DNA of 64,000 nt, from positions 1,426,001 through 1,490,000 of the forward strand of contig JBLDXI010000028.1 of the NCBI GenBank assembly GCA_047495785.1, written 5' to 3'. The notes under the pieces are model-generated. The model had not been told where the DNA came from. It saw nothing but the letters and a program-made list of their open reading frames with translations, and searched no databases. Every line of letters begins with the position of its first letter. Position 1 is the stretch's first letter. The position numbers and the translations under genes are program-made. Of this stretch, positions 11,810 to 24,336 are shown in pieces. Source of the DNA: Lepidodermella squamata. Lineage: Eukaryota > Animalia > Gastrotricha.

Positions 11810-12990
11810 TCAAAGTTCATCAGCGTTGACAAATATCGTCGTTTTAACTTCTTCTGCAAGGTTGCGTTTCAAGTCTTCCCAATCAGGCGCCGCGAGGGGC
11901 TTGATCGAAAACGTATGAGCCATATCAGGCAGCAAGTTCGCAAACGGCAAAACGTCCAACATTTCTCGACTGAGCGCTGAATGATGTTCATGCACAACAA
12001 GATAACCCGCCCCAGCCTTCAAACTATCAACCGCCATCTTGCGTAAAATCGCAACGATAGGCTCGCGAACTTGTTCCGGCGTCGCGTTGTCGGGAATCGT
12101 AAACGGGAACACGCAACGGATCACGAACTTTTCGTGCATTCCTATCGGTTTTTCGAAGTAATTAGGTGCAAGTTTGTTAAGAAACCGCCGAATTTCAACG
12201 GTCGCTTTTTCGGCAAAAGGCATTAGCATAATGCCAAGGGGGTAGCAATGGTCCCACAACAGAGCTTCGACATATTCGGAGGATCCCGGCAGCCGGGTTC
12301 GATACAACTGGGCATATCAAGTTATGTCATTTGTAGATGTAATGTAAGCTAATCTTACCGATAGGTGAAGTATGTTAGGATCCTCTGGCCATAGCAAACA
12401 CTTCCCGAACTTCTCTTGAAGAGCTGCGTACGGTTTGTCAATTCGCTCCACCTCAAACGCAGGGTTTGCAGGTTGAGCCACTAACCGATCAATCGTTATC
12501 ATACGCATATACGTATGATAAACTTGCTCGTATTTCATGATCTGAAATAAACTGATGGCAAGATAAACCCAGGGGTATGAAAGCTTCTAAAATACGTCTC
12601 GCTGCCTGGATTTGGGGTCCAAATGATGATATATGCCAACTCTACGCCCCGTTTTTTCAGCTCCTCCTCCATATGGGTGACCAAGTAACGCCCAAGGCCC
12701 CGTCGCCTGTAGGTCGCGTCAACCCTAAGCCGGTAGATTTCGCCGCATAGCCGCATTTTGCCGCCAGCTCGCATCGGTTTCCAACTGGCCGAGCATGTCG
12801 CGACGCCTTTTTGCCCTGTTGCCACGTCGTCGACCATCATTACGTAGTGATTGTCGAGTTTGCCGTGGCGGGGCTTGTCTGGGTCTGTGAAGGCGTAGTA
12901 CCGATACGCCTCCCGTTCGAGCCGATTCAACGCGGCGAAATCGTCGGCATCGAAGGCACACTCACGGTAGGCAAAATCGTTAGTAGCCAT
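11810..12990 (-). CDS. GNAT N-acetyltransferase, HOOKLESS1(HLS1)-like (three exons)
   Basis: GNAT motif A LRVDATYRRRGLG followed by MEEELKKRGVELAYI. ORFs 12535-12990, 12317-12538 and 11810-12307 join through ~44-nt and ~51-nt GT-AG introns, giving ..NPGSETLFQIMKYEQ.. and ..ILHLS|LYRTR.. Confidence 0.8.
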
Positions 12991-15277
12991 GAAAATCTAT
13001 TAGAACTCCGTTTCACCTAGAATTGTAAATAACTTGACAGAATTAACATAAGGTATAGCATTTGAGGTTAGGCCCAGGTGATACGAAGAATCCCGATAAG
13101 CTTCTCACACCAACTTATCTTTTTACATTCTTATCAACTTCTAGAAAAACATGTAGGTAGATTCAAACTCTGTGAAAAATCCCAAATGATGCAGGTTGTC
13201 ACACAAGTAGGTAATGCAAACAAAGAAAACGAAAATAATTTTTTTTGAAAAGTTGAAATATCAAGAGAATAGTAATCAATTGTGTCATTGGCAATTGAGA
13301 TTAAATTCAATACCGAAAATACCGAAAATTACCGAAAATTACCGAAACGGTTACCATAGGAGTTTTTTCGGGTTTCTCCGGTAAATTTTTTATTTCTTAG
13401 GTTAAATAAATGATATTCTCTCGGTATATGTTTATTTTAATAAAATTAATTTTCTCCTAAGGTTAAAAAATAGCAGGGTAACCTCCAGGACTCTCTAGGA
13501 CACAAATAATTAATAAACACCAAACGAAGAGCCATTTTTTGATAATTACGTTGAATCTGGACTATGCCAAGTTCTTAAAAGAATAGCGCAAAATCCACGT
13601 AGAATTTTTAGACCATACATCTGGAATTGTGATAATTCATCATGAAATTTCCGAAAATTTCCAAATCTGCATTGGAAGTTTCAAACTCAGCGCTAAGCTT
13701 GAAACAGTTGGTCTGGAAACTTTGCCGTGATCCATTTCACGCTTCACGGAACTTCACACCCACGTTAAACCACTGCGCAAAAAACTCCACGAGCAATTGT
13801 TTTCTCGCAAACCAAATTTATTTAGGCAAACTACAGTCAAACTATACGTTTTTGCATTACATTCAAGTAATATACGTAGTATTTTTGTAAATAACAATGT
13901 CTCCTCGATCGCAATGACGAAAAAACGAACAGAAAAAAGAGACAAATTAAGAGCGAGGCAGGCGAAATCGTTTACAGTTTTGTTTTCATCATCAAATTCG
14001 ATTTTTAACAACAATAAGTTTGGAATAGAATAAGAGTAATATCAATGTTTTTCTCTCGATTTTCAACACGCAAAAAACGGCGATTTTTAAAGCCAGGAAG
14101 AAGCCCAGGTTCTAAAAATTTACGACGAAGAAGAGAGCGGTTTTAAATTCAAGCAGAATTGGTTTTCTCAATTTTTTGCAGCAATAAGCTCTTAGTAATT
14201 AAATCCCATCAATCGACACAGCAAAGGAGCATGCATTTTTCTAGCTTAGCTTCAGTAAAAAAGAAACACGTTTTTTCACAATTTCATCAAAGCATATGCA
14301 TACTGTTAGGTATGGTAATAGTATTAAAGAACCGAAATTTCATCGAGTGTTCCCGCCAAAGAAATTCAAGCAGATAATAAACCGAAATAAAATTAATTGA
14401 GCACTGAGTTGGTAATAATTCTTTTCGAAATTGTAACCAATTTCTTCGCAAAACAACCTTTCATCGAGAGACTTAAATCATCAACTTGGAACAGAAATTT
14501 CATCATCGAACTACATTTTGCTTGTAAGCTTTCGGATTTTTATCAACATCAAGTTTTTTCGTCACAAAATTTCTCAAGAGCAAAAAGTGCGATCATATGT
14601 GCATATACTTCTGCTATATCGACAAAAGAGCTATAGATTTCAAGGTCAAACCGGGTCGAGTGTTGTGTGCTCGAATAATTTTTTTACAACGAGATCCAAA
14701 ATAACCGACTAAAATAAGTGAAGCAGTATGTTAATTCCCATGTTAAAGAAAAGTCAAATTATACTAGAAAAGTGCGAATTTCAACTAAACAAGGTGAGAA
14801 GTAGATTAAGATTTTTACACAGGGTGGCTGAAAAATCTAATAATTACTATTCGGTTTGATTTTTCTCTAAATATTAGTTGACTACAGGATTTTGCGTCAC
14901 ACGGTGAGACAAAATTGTTGTTGATTATTTCTCGATTTGGTTCCTCATTGATTGGTCCGAATTCAATTATTAATACATGGAATACCAGTATGGAATACTT
15001 GCGCGGCCATGACACAAATTTTAAACACAACAAAGCCAATGCATCGAATTGCAGCGAAGATATTTTTTGTAACAACAAGAAAATTATGCAATATTCTTTC
15101 CCTTCAAGCTTCTTTGTATACGTATATTTTGGAGTAAAAAAATGACTAAAAGGTGAGACAAGAAAAACCACGACACGGCACAATTTCTTTATCGAGGAAA
15201 TCAAAATCACACTATTTTTTGCTCTACAAATTCGTTCCCCGTAAATATTTTTCTCTCTGTGTGTCTAGCAAAAAAAA

Positions 15278-18200
15278 TCACAAAATTCCATGGCCGTCAG
15301 AGGGCGGTAATAGGACGCTACGGGGCGTGTCTAAAGCTCCGTCCAACATGGCCGCAAAGTCGATATTAGCCGCATCTGCGAACAGTTCCTCAGCTGAGCC
15401 GACAAAATCTTGCAGCGAAATGTCCAAATCCATCGAAGCCGCAAAATCATCGATAGATTCTATCATCTGCGTTGTTTCAACGCCCATCGGAGACGGCTCA
15501 ATCGTCAAATACGGCTGTTGTTGTTGATTTACATGCGCTGGAGATGAGGTTGCAGCTAGTTGTGAGTGAAATTCAGCCATAAATTGCATATGTTGCTGGT
15601 CCTCTTTCGACTGCTGCTGCTGATTCTGGTAATGCATCACCTGTTGATACTGCTGATTTACATCGTTCGAATACGTGTATTGTTGCATTTGCTGGTGATA
15701 GCCGGCGGTTTCGACGGAACCGGGCGGGGTTGAGACGAGAACGGAAGGCGACTGGCCCATCATATTGCCGCTAGAATTATTTTGTTGTTGGCCCGACATT
15801 TGCTGTCCGTTCATTTGAGGTTGAATTTGAACGCCGAAACTATAAAAAAAAGAGAAAGCGTATAATTATTTTAAAAAATCCCAATTCCGTGAAGCCCCAA
15901 GATAACTTCTTTTTTTCATTTTCAAACTGTTTTAGATAATAAAATGTGGAAAAACTAGCTTTCCGGCATTTTTCCTATTTAGCATTTTTTCTATTTTTCC
16001 TAATTTTTTGAACACCCTAAACCTTATTTTGGCTATTTTTAATTATTTATTTCAATCAATTATTGGTGAAAATTAGCCCCCAAATATTCGAAATACTTTG
16101 TTTCCAGGTATTTAATAACTCAACATTTGTCATTATCTAGGCTAATGCATTTGCTTCTTCAGATCACCTCATTTAGAGCAAAAATTTATTAACTGAGAAA
16201 ATATCCCAAAATCTCATATTTCAGAAAGCTATTCATTTTATACTAATATTTGAACTGGTTCAACAATGATCAATCGGGCATTTTCTGATTATTACGACTT
16301 TCTTTGTATCAATTGTTTAAGAATTCGAAGATCTTATGAGAAAATTTCAAAAAAAATAAATCAATTTTAAATTATTTTAATTTTTCAATTTTTTCAAAAT
16401 TTTTTAAAATGTAAACGAAAACTCACGATTGATTAGTCAAATCGAACAAAGGCACGGAAGAACAGTTCGAATCGCTGACAATGCTCATCGGCGTCGAAGG
16501 CGCTGGCAGGTGTTGTTGTTGTTGGTGTTGCTGCTGCAGCATCTGATGGGCCATCATTTGCTGCTGCTGAGCAGGCGATGGGGCAAGAACGAGAAGGCCG
16601 AATTTGGGCGCATTCGGCGGGATGCGGATTATCGTAATACCAGGCCCGGTTTCGTACGTTGTCGTCGTCGTTGTCGAGGAGGTCGCGGCCGACGCGTTCG
16701 ACGGCGCGGGCGAGGCGGCCAGACTCGGCTGGGTGCAGCCGGGCGCCGCGCCGCACATCATAACGGGCGCGGGTGACATGCGACGGTTGTTCGGGTTTGG
16801 GTGGTGGTGGTGATGGTGGAATACGGAGGACGATGACGAGGTGTTATTGCTGACTGAGGCGACTGTCGCGGCGGTTATTGAGGTCAGGGCGCCGCTTAGT
16901 AGGGATATATCAGCTTCGCTTATCGTCATAGGCGTCGGGCCACTTGCGGCTGAAAAATAAAGAAAAATATTTAAAAATTTAGCTTTCAAAGTGGAATAAT
17001 ATCAATTTCAACTTATTTCAGGCAATTTAGACTAAATTTACGATTTATGGTCACATTGCCCATTATAAATTGAAATTTCCTGGCTAACGGAATCAAAGGA
17101 ATACAACTTTGAAATGTTGCAAAATTTAGCAATCGATATAGCAATCAATTGATAAGATTTTTTCGCGGTTCTTAAATCTCTACTTGCGATCGCTTCGAAT
17201 TTGAGTGTTTTAGGATACATTTTCTTGAAAATTGAGAATTTTAATACTACGACACTAGCGACGCCGAAAAACCTACCGCGGCCGTATTTAAAATCGGGAC
17301 CCAAAAAAGAGTTGCGAAACTAATTTTCAGAATTTCTGAACTAAAATTTGAATTACAATGTCCCTAAAGACGCCCAACGAATCCCCAGGCCAGAAAAATT
17401 CCGAAATCAGAATGATTAGAATAAGAAAATCCAATAAATTTCGTCCAACCGAGAAATCTCTAAAATCTCCAAAATGTTAAGATCGGCAGTTTCCAAGTTT
17501 CCAACAGCAAATTTCTTTGAAGGAAACTCAGATAAAGACGAAATGCTCTTTGGTAGAGCTAATTTTTGAAAAATACAATTTGATGAGAAACTGGATAAAT
17601 TTTGATTTCACATCCATTAGACTGAAATATTTCTAATCCTGACCAGCTACATGCCAGGCAGGATTATAGTTAATTTAATTATTTAACAAACCATATTTTT
17701 GGTTCATGTTTAAGCCTGTTTTTCCCAAAAAAGGAACTTTTCAAATCCACATTTTTTTAATTAATTTACAATTTAAAATTCAATTTTTTAAATAATAAAT
17801 TAAGGTGGCTTACAAGTAATACTGGACATGCCACTGTCGGGCGTGAAGCTTTGATAGCCCCCAGTCGCCGACGTGCTGTTCGAATGCGTGCTGGTCAACG
17901 TATCCGTCGATGAGCTGCGACTCCGCAGCGCACTGAACGCCTTGAACCGCGACGCCTGTCGATCGTAAGCACCGCGGCGATGCGACCTCTGCTCGGCGTA
18001 CACCAGGCGCGACGTCCACTCCGAAATGAACTGCGAATTCATATGGCTCTGGTACTCGACAACCAGCCGGGCGATATCCAACCGCTCCGGCTCAGTCACA
18101 TCAAGCCGCCAAGTTGGTATCGTTTTCCGGCCGATAATTACCGGCGCGGATTGGAAGAACGTGTAAAGCGATAAGGTGTGTCGAATCGAACTCCGCCAGT

Positions 18201-19496
18201 CTTGATAGCACTCAGGCCTCGCGTAGTACGGAAACGAGTCTTCGATCCATTTGTAAATTTGAGTCAGTGGAAGAGTTAACGTCTCAGAACTCGCCAAGGC
18301 CATGCAACACAGTGCGACGTAGCTGAATGGGGGACGTTTGAGCCGATTCAACCGCCTCTGTTCGCGTTGTTGAGTCACCCAGGGCGGGTGGGATATCATT
18401 TGCGAGACAGGCACCGATGTCGCCATTAAGGTGGCTGTAGTCGGCTGATGTTGCGCCTGGACTACCGAGATTTCGGGTTGGATCGGGGATGACTGCCGGA
18501 TCGGTGATAAGGCGGTCCCGGCCGTCGGGGCTTGACTAACCCGCTTCAAATAGGGCGCTAGGCTCGACCCGGGGGTGACTGGTCTCGGCCGGGGTGATAT
18601 CGAGCTGGGCGGAGGGACGGCTGTATTTCGCCGCGGAGATTGCAATTGTTTGATTCGATTAGCTTGTTGCTGGTGTTGACTAGCTGATGAGACATTTGTG
18701 CTAGGCTTTTGACCACTGCTGCCGGCCATTTTCGTCGGGTTGAGCCCGCCCAGCCAGTTGAGATCTTTGAGCGAATCGTCCGAGTCATAAGCCGCGCCGT
18801 TACTTTCTTCCAGATCGGAGACTTCAGTGATAACCTAGGTGAGAAAAAAAATAATTGAAATAATAGGAGCTATATAATAGTTAAAATTCAAAGTCTGAAA
18901 ATGGCCAAAGAAATTCCCTTATTTTTGGGAAATAAAATTCATAAAAAAAATTCAAACGGCTCAAAATAGATTTTTTCCGATTCTAAACTGTATTTTACTT
19001 TAATTAGGAAAAATGAGCTAAAATTTTCAAAAAAAAATTGAAATTCAGAATTGAAAATTCATAAAATTCGACTAATTTACATATTTTAAAATAATAATAA
19101 ATTTAAAATTTTGTTATGTTTGTTTGTTATGTTATGTTATATTTAGGTATCGTGAAAATTTACCTGGTTAGGGATATCCAGCCGCAAGCCGTAAGCAGGT
19201 GGTAAAATCGGAACCGCTTCGACCTGACTAGGCATATTAGTAGCTTGCGAATCCGAATCACAAGACGAGGCCATCATAACCGTTTCTAACGACGACGAAA
19301 ATTGCGGCGATAACGTCCTTTCTTCAATGCTTTCACAAGTTTGAATCGACGAAGAAACACTGGGCGGCTGGCTTGATATTGTTGGAGCCGCCACAATGTT
19401 GCCCGATTTTGTTCGAACCACACTGCGGGTGCCAACGACGCGGTTCCGGGCCGAAACCAGCGGCGGTGGCAGCTCGATGCGAATAAATTCTCGCAT
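15278..19496 (-). CDS. Forkhead transcription factor, FoxM-like (FoxM/N/J group); exons 19496-19164, 18834-17814, 16949-16427, 15839-15278
   Basis: Forkhead domain RPPFSYVALCCMAL..IYKWIEDSFPYY..WRSSIRHTLS; upstream DDSLKDLNWL resembles the FoxM/N/J DDSLTxLxWL motif; splice phases are consistent; Q-rich and acidic C-terminus. Confidence 0.8.
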
Positions 19497-20217
19497 TTCT
19501 GGCTATGACGAGCGCCACGGACAGAACAAACAAAAAGTCAACATTAAAGAAGACCTAAAAAATTGAGAAAATAAAACCGGTTAAATTTCAGCATAAAAAT
19601 TCGAAATTTTAATTTTACTAGGTAGATCTTATCAAGCATTCCACGGCAATTTTAAAACCAGTAAATTTTCAATAACAGGTAAAAGACATTAATAATTAAC
19701 CTGTAAACGAGTTTAAAATGTTTTACAGACTTGCCCAGGTAAAATTTAACCCTGGATAAATATTACTAGTAAAATTTGTTTTTGATCATAAATATTTAAT
19801 GCGAGAAATTGCGTGAGTCCGAGCTCGATTAGTGGGTCCTATCTTGTACTGTGGGCCACAAAATAATGTACCTATGAAAAACGAGAAATACTATACGCGA
19901 CCTAATTGAATTCATACAAGAAAAAGTGCTTTCAAAAGGCAAACACGTATTTTCTCTATACACCTATTGAGACATCAATTTAATAGCTAGCAAATTGCCG
20001 TGAAACAAATGATTTCATCAAAAATTCAACACCAGCTACCAAAAGTTGTGAACATTATAAAAGCAGGAGATAAAATATGTAAAACCATTGATTGAATTGG
20101 TGTTAGCGGAAGCGTAAAAAAAACCAGCATGCTTTGGCGTTATCATTATAAAAAATCTACGAGCTGCGTATTTTTTTTAATTCACAACAATAGCGAAGAC
20201 GTAGAGGGATCGATTAA

Positions 20218-21465
20218 TCACGCGCCCTGTTTGTACAACGTACGGCGCATAAAACGAATGAGATCACGCGTCGCCTCGACAAACACGCCGCTTCGTATAA
20301 CGGGATCGTCGTGCATGGCCTGGCGGATGACGGCCAGCTTCAAAGAAACCGCATTTTTTTCGAGCCGCTTCGCAAAAATTAACCCGTCATCACGGGCCAT
20401 TGAATGCTCGCACGTTTGAATGTACGTCACCGGTAATTTCGTCAGATAACTATTTTCGTACAACATAGGAAACGCCTCGGCTTGACTCGCTAGCCACGTC
20501 ACTTTTTCAGGCACGTCAGGCGATAAATCCAGCGCTAAATCAGGCGCAACGTACTCCTCGGGTATGAAAGTATCGTTCATCAAATGATAATCCAACAAAG
20601 GCTGGAATCTGATTTTCATCGTGAAAGGAATATGCATATTTTCGCTTATAGCGTTGAGTAATCTCGAGGAGGGACGCTCAATCCCTGAATAGTAGCTCAA
20701 GGCCTCAGACGGGTGAATTCCGTGAATGTAATTCTTATTCACAATGTAAGACGGTAAGGCAAGATTTGTAATCTGCAAAACTGGGCTGACCATGAACATG
20801 GAGTAGAATTTGTTCAGAGGCACGCGTTCTTCCATCGGATCTGCATTGACGAGGTCGATTACGGTCGATAATGCCAAAGCAGCGCCCGTATCGTCCCCTC
20901 CAATCGAAATTCGGTTAGGCCTTACGTTGAATTCCTCCGGATTCCATAGAATATACTCAGAAACAGCTTTAACGTCATCCAACGGGGCTGGGAATGGGTA
21001 TTCCGGCGCGACCCGTTGGTGGACTAGGAAGACTATAGCAGAAATATTAGTAGCCAACATTTGACTAAACTGATAATGCTCCTCTCGAGTGGGCAGAATA
21101 AATAAGCCACCTGGTACGTAAATAATACCAGGTAACGCTTTCTTGCTAGCGTAATGAGGCGGTTTGAAAATCGTGACTGGAACATTTGAAATTTTCGTCT
21201 CGTAAGAATTTTCATCGGGCGATTTTTGACGTTTCAGCTGAGCACCTTGACTTTGAAAGAACCATCGGTAGAAAACTGGAAGACGAATAGCGCCGAAAAA
21301 CTCGGCGATTTTCAAGCAAGAATGAGCGTAATTGAACGCGAGATCACTGAGTCGTTGTTTCAAATCGACATACGTTGCTTGCGGGTATTCCAAAGAAAGA
21401 AATGACGAGAGTATAAATGAAACTAGAACAGCCACCAGGGCAAGAGCCATAAGTAATTTCGCCAT
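20218..21465 (-). CDS. AADAC/NCEH1-like alpha/beta hydrolase (HSL family), probably catalytically altered
   Basis: N-terminal membrane anchor; RVAPEYPFPAPLDD, RISIGGDDTG and TYIQTCEHSMARDDG match arylacetamide deacetylase-like proteins; single exon. Confidence 0.85.
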   Translation of the reverse strand: MAKLLMALALVAVLVSFILSSFLSLEYPQATYVDLKQRLSDLAFNYAHSCLKIAEFFGAIRLPVFYRWFFQSQGAQLKRQKSPDENSYETKISNVPVTIFKPPHYASKKALPGIIYVPGGLFILPTREEHYQFSQMLATNISAIVFLVHQRVAPEYPFPAPLDDVKAVSEYILWNPEEFNVRPNRISIGGDDTGAALALSTVIDLVNADPMEERVPLNKFYSMFMVSPVLQITNLALPSYIVNKNYIHGIHPSEALSYYSGIERPSSRLLNAISENMHIPFTMKIRFQPLLDYHLMNDTFIPEEYVAPDLALDLSPDVPEKVTWLASQAEAFPMLYENSYLTKLPVTYIQTCEHSMARDDGLIFAKRLEKNAVSLKLAVIRQAMHDDPVIRSGVFVEATRDLIRFMRRTLYKQGA

Positions 21466-21825
21466 TTTTAAGCACCTAAAAATAGAGAGAAAATTTGAAA
21501 ATTCAATTTTTCATTTCAAGGCTCCATTTTTCGAAACATGTAATATCGTGCAACTCAAGCGCTTTTTGATAACAATTAAGAGGCTAGACGCTATCACAAG
21601 ACAAGAAGAAATCTGTGGTGACACCAAAATTTAAAGAAAATTACTTGTATCAAGAAGATGTTGATTATCGAATTAATTTAACAACTTTAGCATAGAACTG
21701 TAATACAAGACTGAGGAATCATCGTTTTCGGGAAATAAAAATAGCGATCTATTACACATATAAGAAACGGATGAAAATAATCGGATGCACCACCAATCAT
21801 CATGGAATTGCTGTGAATATTGCAT

Positions 21826-22235
21826 CTATTGGGCAGATGACGCTGCAACAGGTGCAGGTGTGTCGTATTGCGATGCTGCGACGTTCAATTTCCACTGCCA
21901 GAAAGATACGGCGAGAACAGCGACGTAAATGCCGGCAGCAATCCAGCAATTAATAGCTACTTGTTGGTACGCAGCAATGACCTTATCATAGTCGTATTGT
22001 GGTGGCGAACCCTTCGGTGTATTGTTTTTAAGTTCGAGTTCGATTCCGAGGTCTTCAAACAATCCTACAGCTCGAACGTAGAAAAGAACGCCGAGAATTG
22101 CCTTTAAAAACATCGAATAATTTACCAACATCATGCACGTAAAGTTGAACTTACCAGCATGACAATGCCCCAAATACTCAGCAAGGTCCAGCACATTGAG
22201 CACTTCGGCCCGCAAAATTTTCCTCTCACCGCCAT
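21826..22235 (-). CDS. RNASEK: Ribonuclease kappa / V-ATPase subunit f (intron 22102-22154)
   Basis: Spliced MAVRGKFCGPKCSMCWTLLSIWGIVML|AILGVLFYVRAVGLFEDL...YQQVAINCWIAAGIY carries the RNASEK signature motifs. Confidence 0.9.
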
Positions 22236-22407
22236 GATAAGTCTATATGTCTAATTATTCAACCTAGGCAACAATAAAATTAATACATAAAAGTAATCAT
22301 TTCATTAAAAGATTGCAACCACTAGCACAAAGACGGAATCAGTTTTGAAAGCAAATACAATAATAGTAACGTTGAAATAAAAACTCCTTGAAAATAGATA
22401 TAATAAA

Positions 22408-22782
22408 CTATCGCTTGCTTCCATCAATATCCTCCGGTTTATCAACATGTTTCACACTGTCTTCCACAGCAACAGGCGACGACTGTTCAGCGGGAGGTGA
22501 ATCATCATCCTCCAGAAGAAACTGCCGAATCTTCGACGCGAGGTCATCTGCTTGTTTGTCCAGCATACCAACACAAGCATCAAGCGCATCCAGCGTGTTG
22601 TCAATGTGATTATACTCATCCAAATATTTAGCTAGCTTGTCAGGGTCAAGATCTGACAAGTTTTCGTCGCTCTCTTCGACATCAAGAAGCTCAGCTAATC
22701 GTTTCTCTCCATCAGTCCTCAAAGCGGTCAAATCTTCTTCAGAAAACTCATTGTCGCCGATTTGATTTGTCTTAGAACTCAT
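22408..22782 (-). CDS. BBLN: Bublin / UPF0184 (C9orf16)-like coiled-coil protein
   Basis: EYNHIDNTLDALDACVGMLDKQADDLASKIRQFLLE resembles the UPF0184 core EY..I...LD.I..CL..L.....L...L..LLE. Confidence 0.65.
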   Translation of the reverse strand: MSSKTNQIGDNEFSEEDLTALRTDGEKRLAELLDVEESDENLSDLDPDKLAKYLDEYNHIDNTLDALDACVGMLDKQADDLASKIRQFLLEDDDSPPAEQSSPVAVEDSVKHVDKPEDIDGSKR

Positions 22783-23036
22783 ATTCACCACGTTACAAAT
22801 CAGTAAGACTCCAATCAGATATGTATGTCAATGTTCATATAAATCAAGTTATTTGCATCTCTAAACAATGGAGAAAAAATGCATTGAAGCAAGAAAAAAA
22901 GAAAGAACTAACTAAAAAATAAAAGATGTAGAAGTAAATTTGGCGAGGATGCAACTGATTGATATAATTATTCAATTCAACATCGAACTATTGGCAGTCT
23001 GCTTCAAGTCATTTGGGAGGAAAGCAGACGCCCCAG

Positions 23037-23081
23037 ACAACTTCCAAGACCAAACTGGCCCAGTTTGGTCTTGGAAGTTGT
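23037..23081. repeat. Perfect 45-bp palindrome (22-bp arms, 1-nt centre)
   Basis: ACAACTTCCAAGACCAAACTGG-C-CCAGTTTGGTCTTGGAAGTTGT read directly from the sequence. Confidence 0.95.
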
Positions 23082-24336
23082 TCGGCTGCACATCAGGAGC
23101 GTCAACAGGTGGAGCAATCATAGCAGACGGACCAGAAGTATCGCCTAGATCGCCCAAGCCCCGACCGACAGGTTCAACGTGGCAGAACCAAGGCCTTCGC
23201 CCTCTTTCCAGCCGAGCTTTTGTAGCATTTGAGAGCCAACAGAGCCGACATTTTCGCAAGTCAATTTGAACTACTTGAAGTCGGTAGTGCGGTTTTTTAC
23301 ATTCATATAGCCCTTGAACCGTCTCCATCAACTCGACAAGCTCTCCGGGTGGGATGAAATCGCAGCGCTTTGGCAACGAACGACAAACCCCCAAGCGCCC
23401 CAGAAGCCCAACCCGCTAGGTTTTTCAAAAAATGCAAACTGCGCCTATTTATCGTCCTTCAACGAACTTTATTGTAAAAAATGCAGCTCGTAAATTTGTG
23501 TATTTTACAAGTTTATAACATATTAATAATATCAGAAATTTTGAAAACCCGCGTTTGCGCGCGCAGTGCCCTTGTTCAGCCTGTTTTTTTTCAGCGGTTT
23601 GTCTGAAAGCCGACATTTACGCCAAACGCGGGTGCTATGAATGCCCTGAGTACACTTAAGAACCCCTCTGAAAGAAGCAAACCAGCTTATATGTTGAACT
23701 TTCACTTTTGAACTATGCTTAAAATCGTCACAGGAGCCATTTTTTATTGAGTGATTTGTTATAGGTTATAGATGTGAAACCGCTGTGTGCTACTAAAACT
23801 TCTCGTTGATGCTATTGCTGTGCTGACTCTTGTTTTGAAGCAGGGAGGGAACAATATAGCGTTTTTATGCCTTTCCACTCGGATAGTCTGAAATCATTTG
23901 TAGAGGTCCTGAACCCTTGGGAGTGTGAAGTTTTATGCAATACAGCTATCACTGGGCTCACACATTTGTGAGATTCGAGGGACAGATTCAAATGAAACGT
24001 TTCAGTTTCGATAGCTTTTCTTTTGATGCCTTGAGTAATCAGCCAAAAATCAGCTAACTCTGAATATTTCTTAATTGCTGAAAATAACATGGTACCTAGA
24101 AGATACCTCTGTACTCCTTGGCGTACTTTATCTAGTAGGATGCGTGGTTTTTAGTTTTAGTTTTTAGTTTCAGACTATTGACAGCAGTTTTTACTGAGCA
24201 GTTAATTTTAGTTACTGTTCCGCATTGCGCTTCGAAAATCTATGTTCCTGTGATACTTCGATGTTATTCACATTGCTCGAATGGTTTTGGCTGTATTACT
24301 GACACATTGAAGTGCTCATTGTTATAGATATTCAGC

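Noticed and set aside
12530-12600. Programmed frameshift in the GNAT gene (overlapping ATGA)
   Set aside because: A 44-nt GT..CAG intron gives an in-frame, motif-consistent junction.
13020-15270. Short ORFs in the AT-rich stretch downstream of the Fox gene
   Set aside because: Mostly non-ATG starts, no domain signal; consistent with 3' UTR or intergenic DNA.
16429-16813. Antisense and alternative-frame ORFs over the Fox gene (similar shadow ORFs over PFK, RNF19 and the receptors)
   Set aside because: By-products of GC-rich or low-complexity coding sequence on the other strand; no motifs.
22970-23425. Telomerase, RNase P/MRP, SRP or 7SK RNA
   Set aside because: No telomeric template or diagnostic conserved boxes were recognised by eye; kept only as an unexplained structured region.
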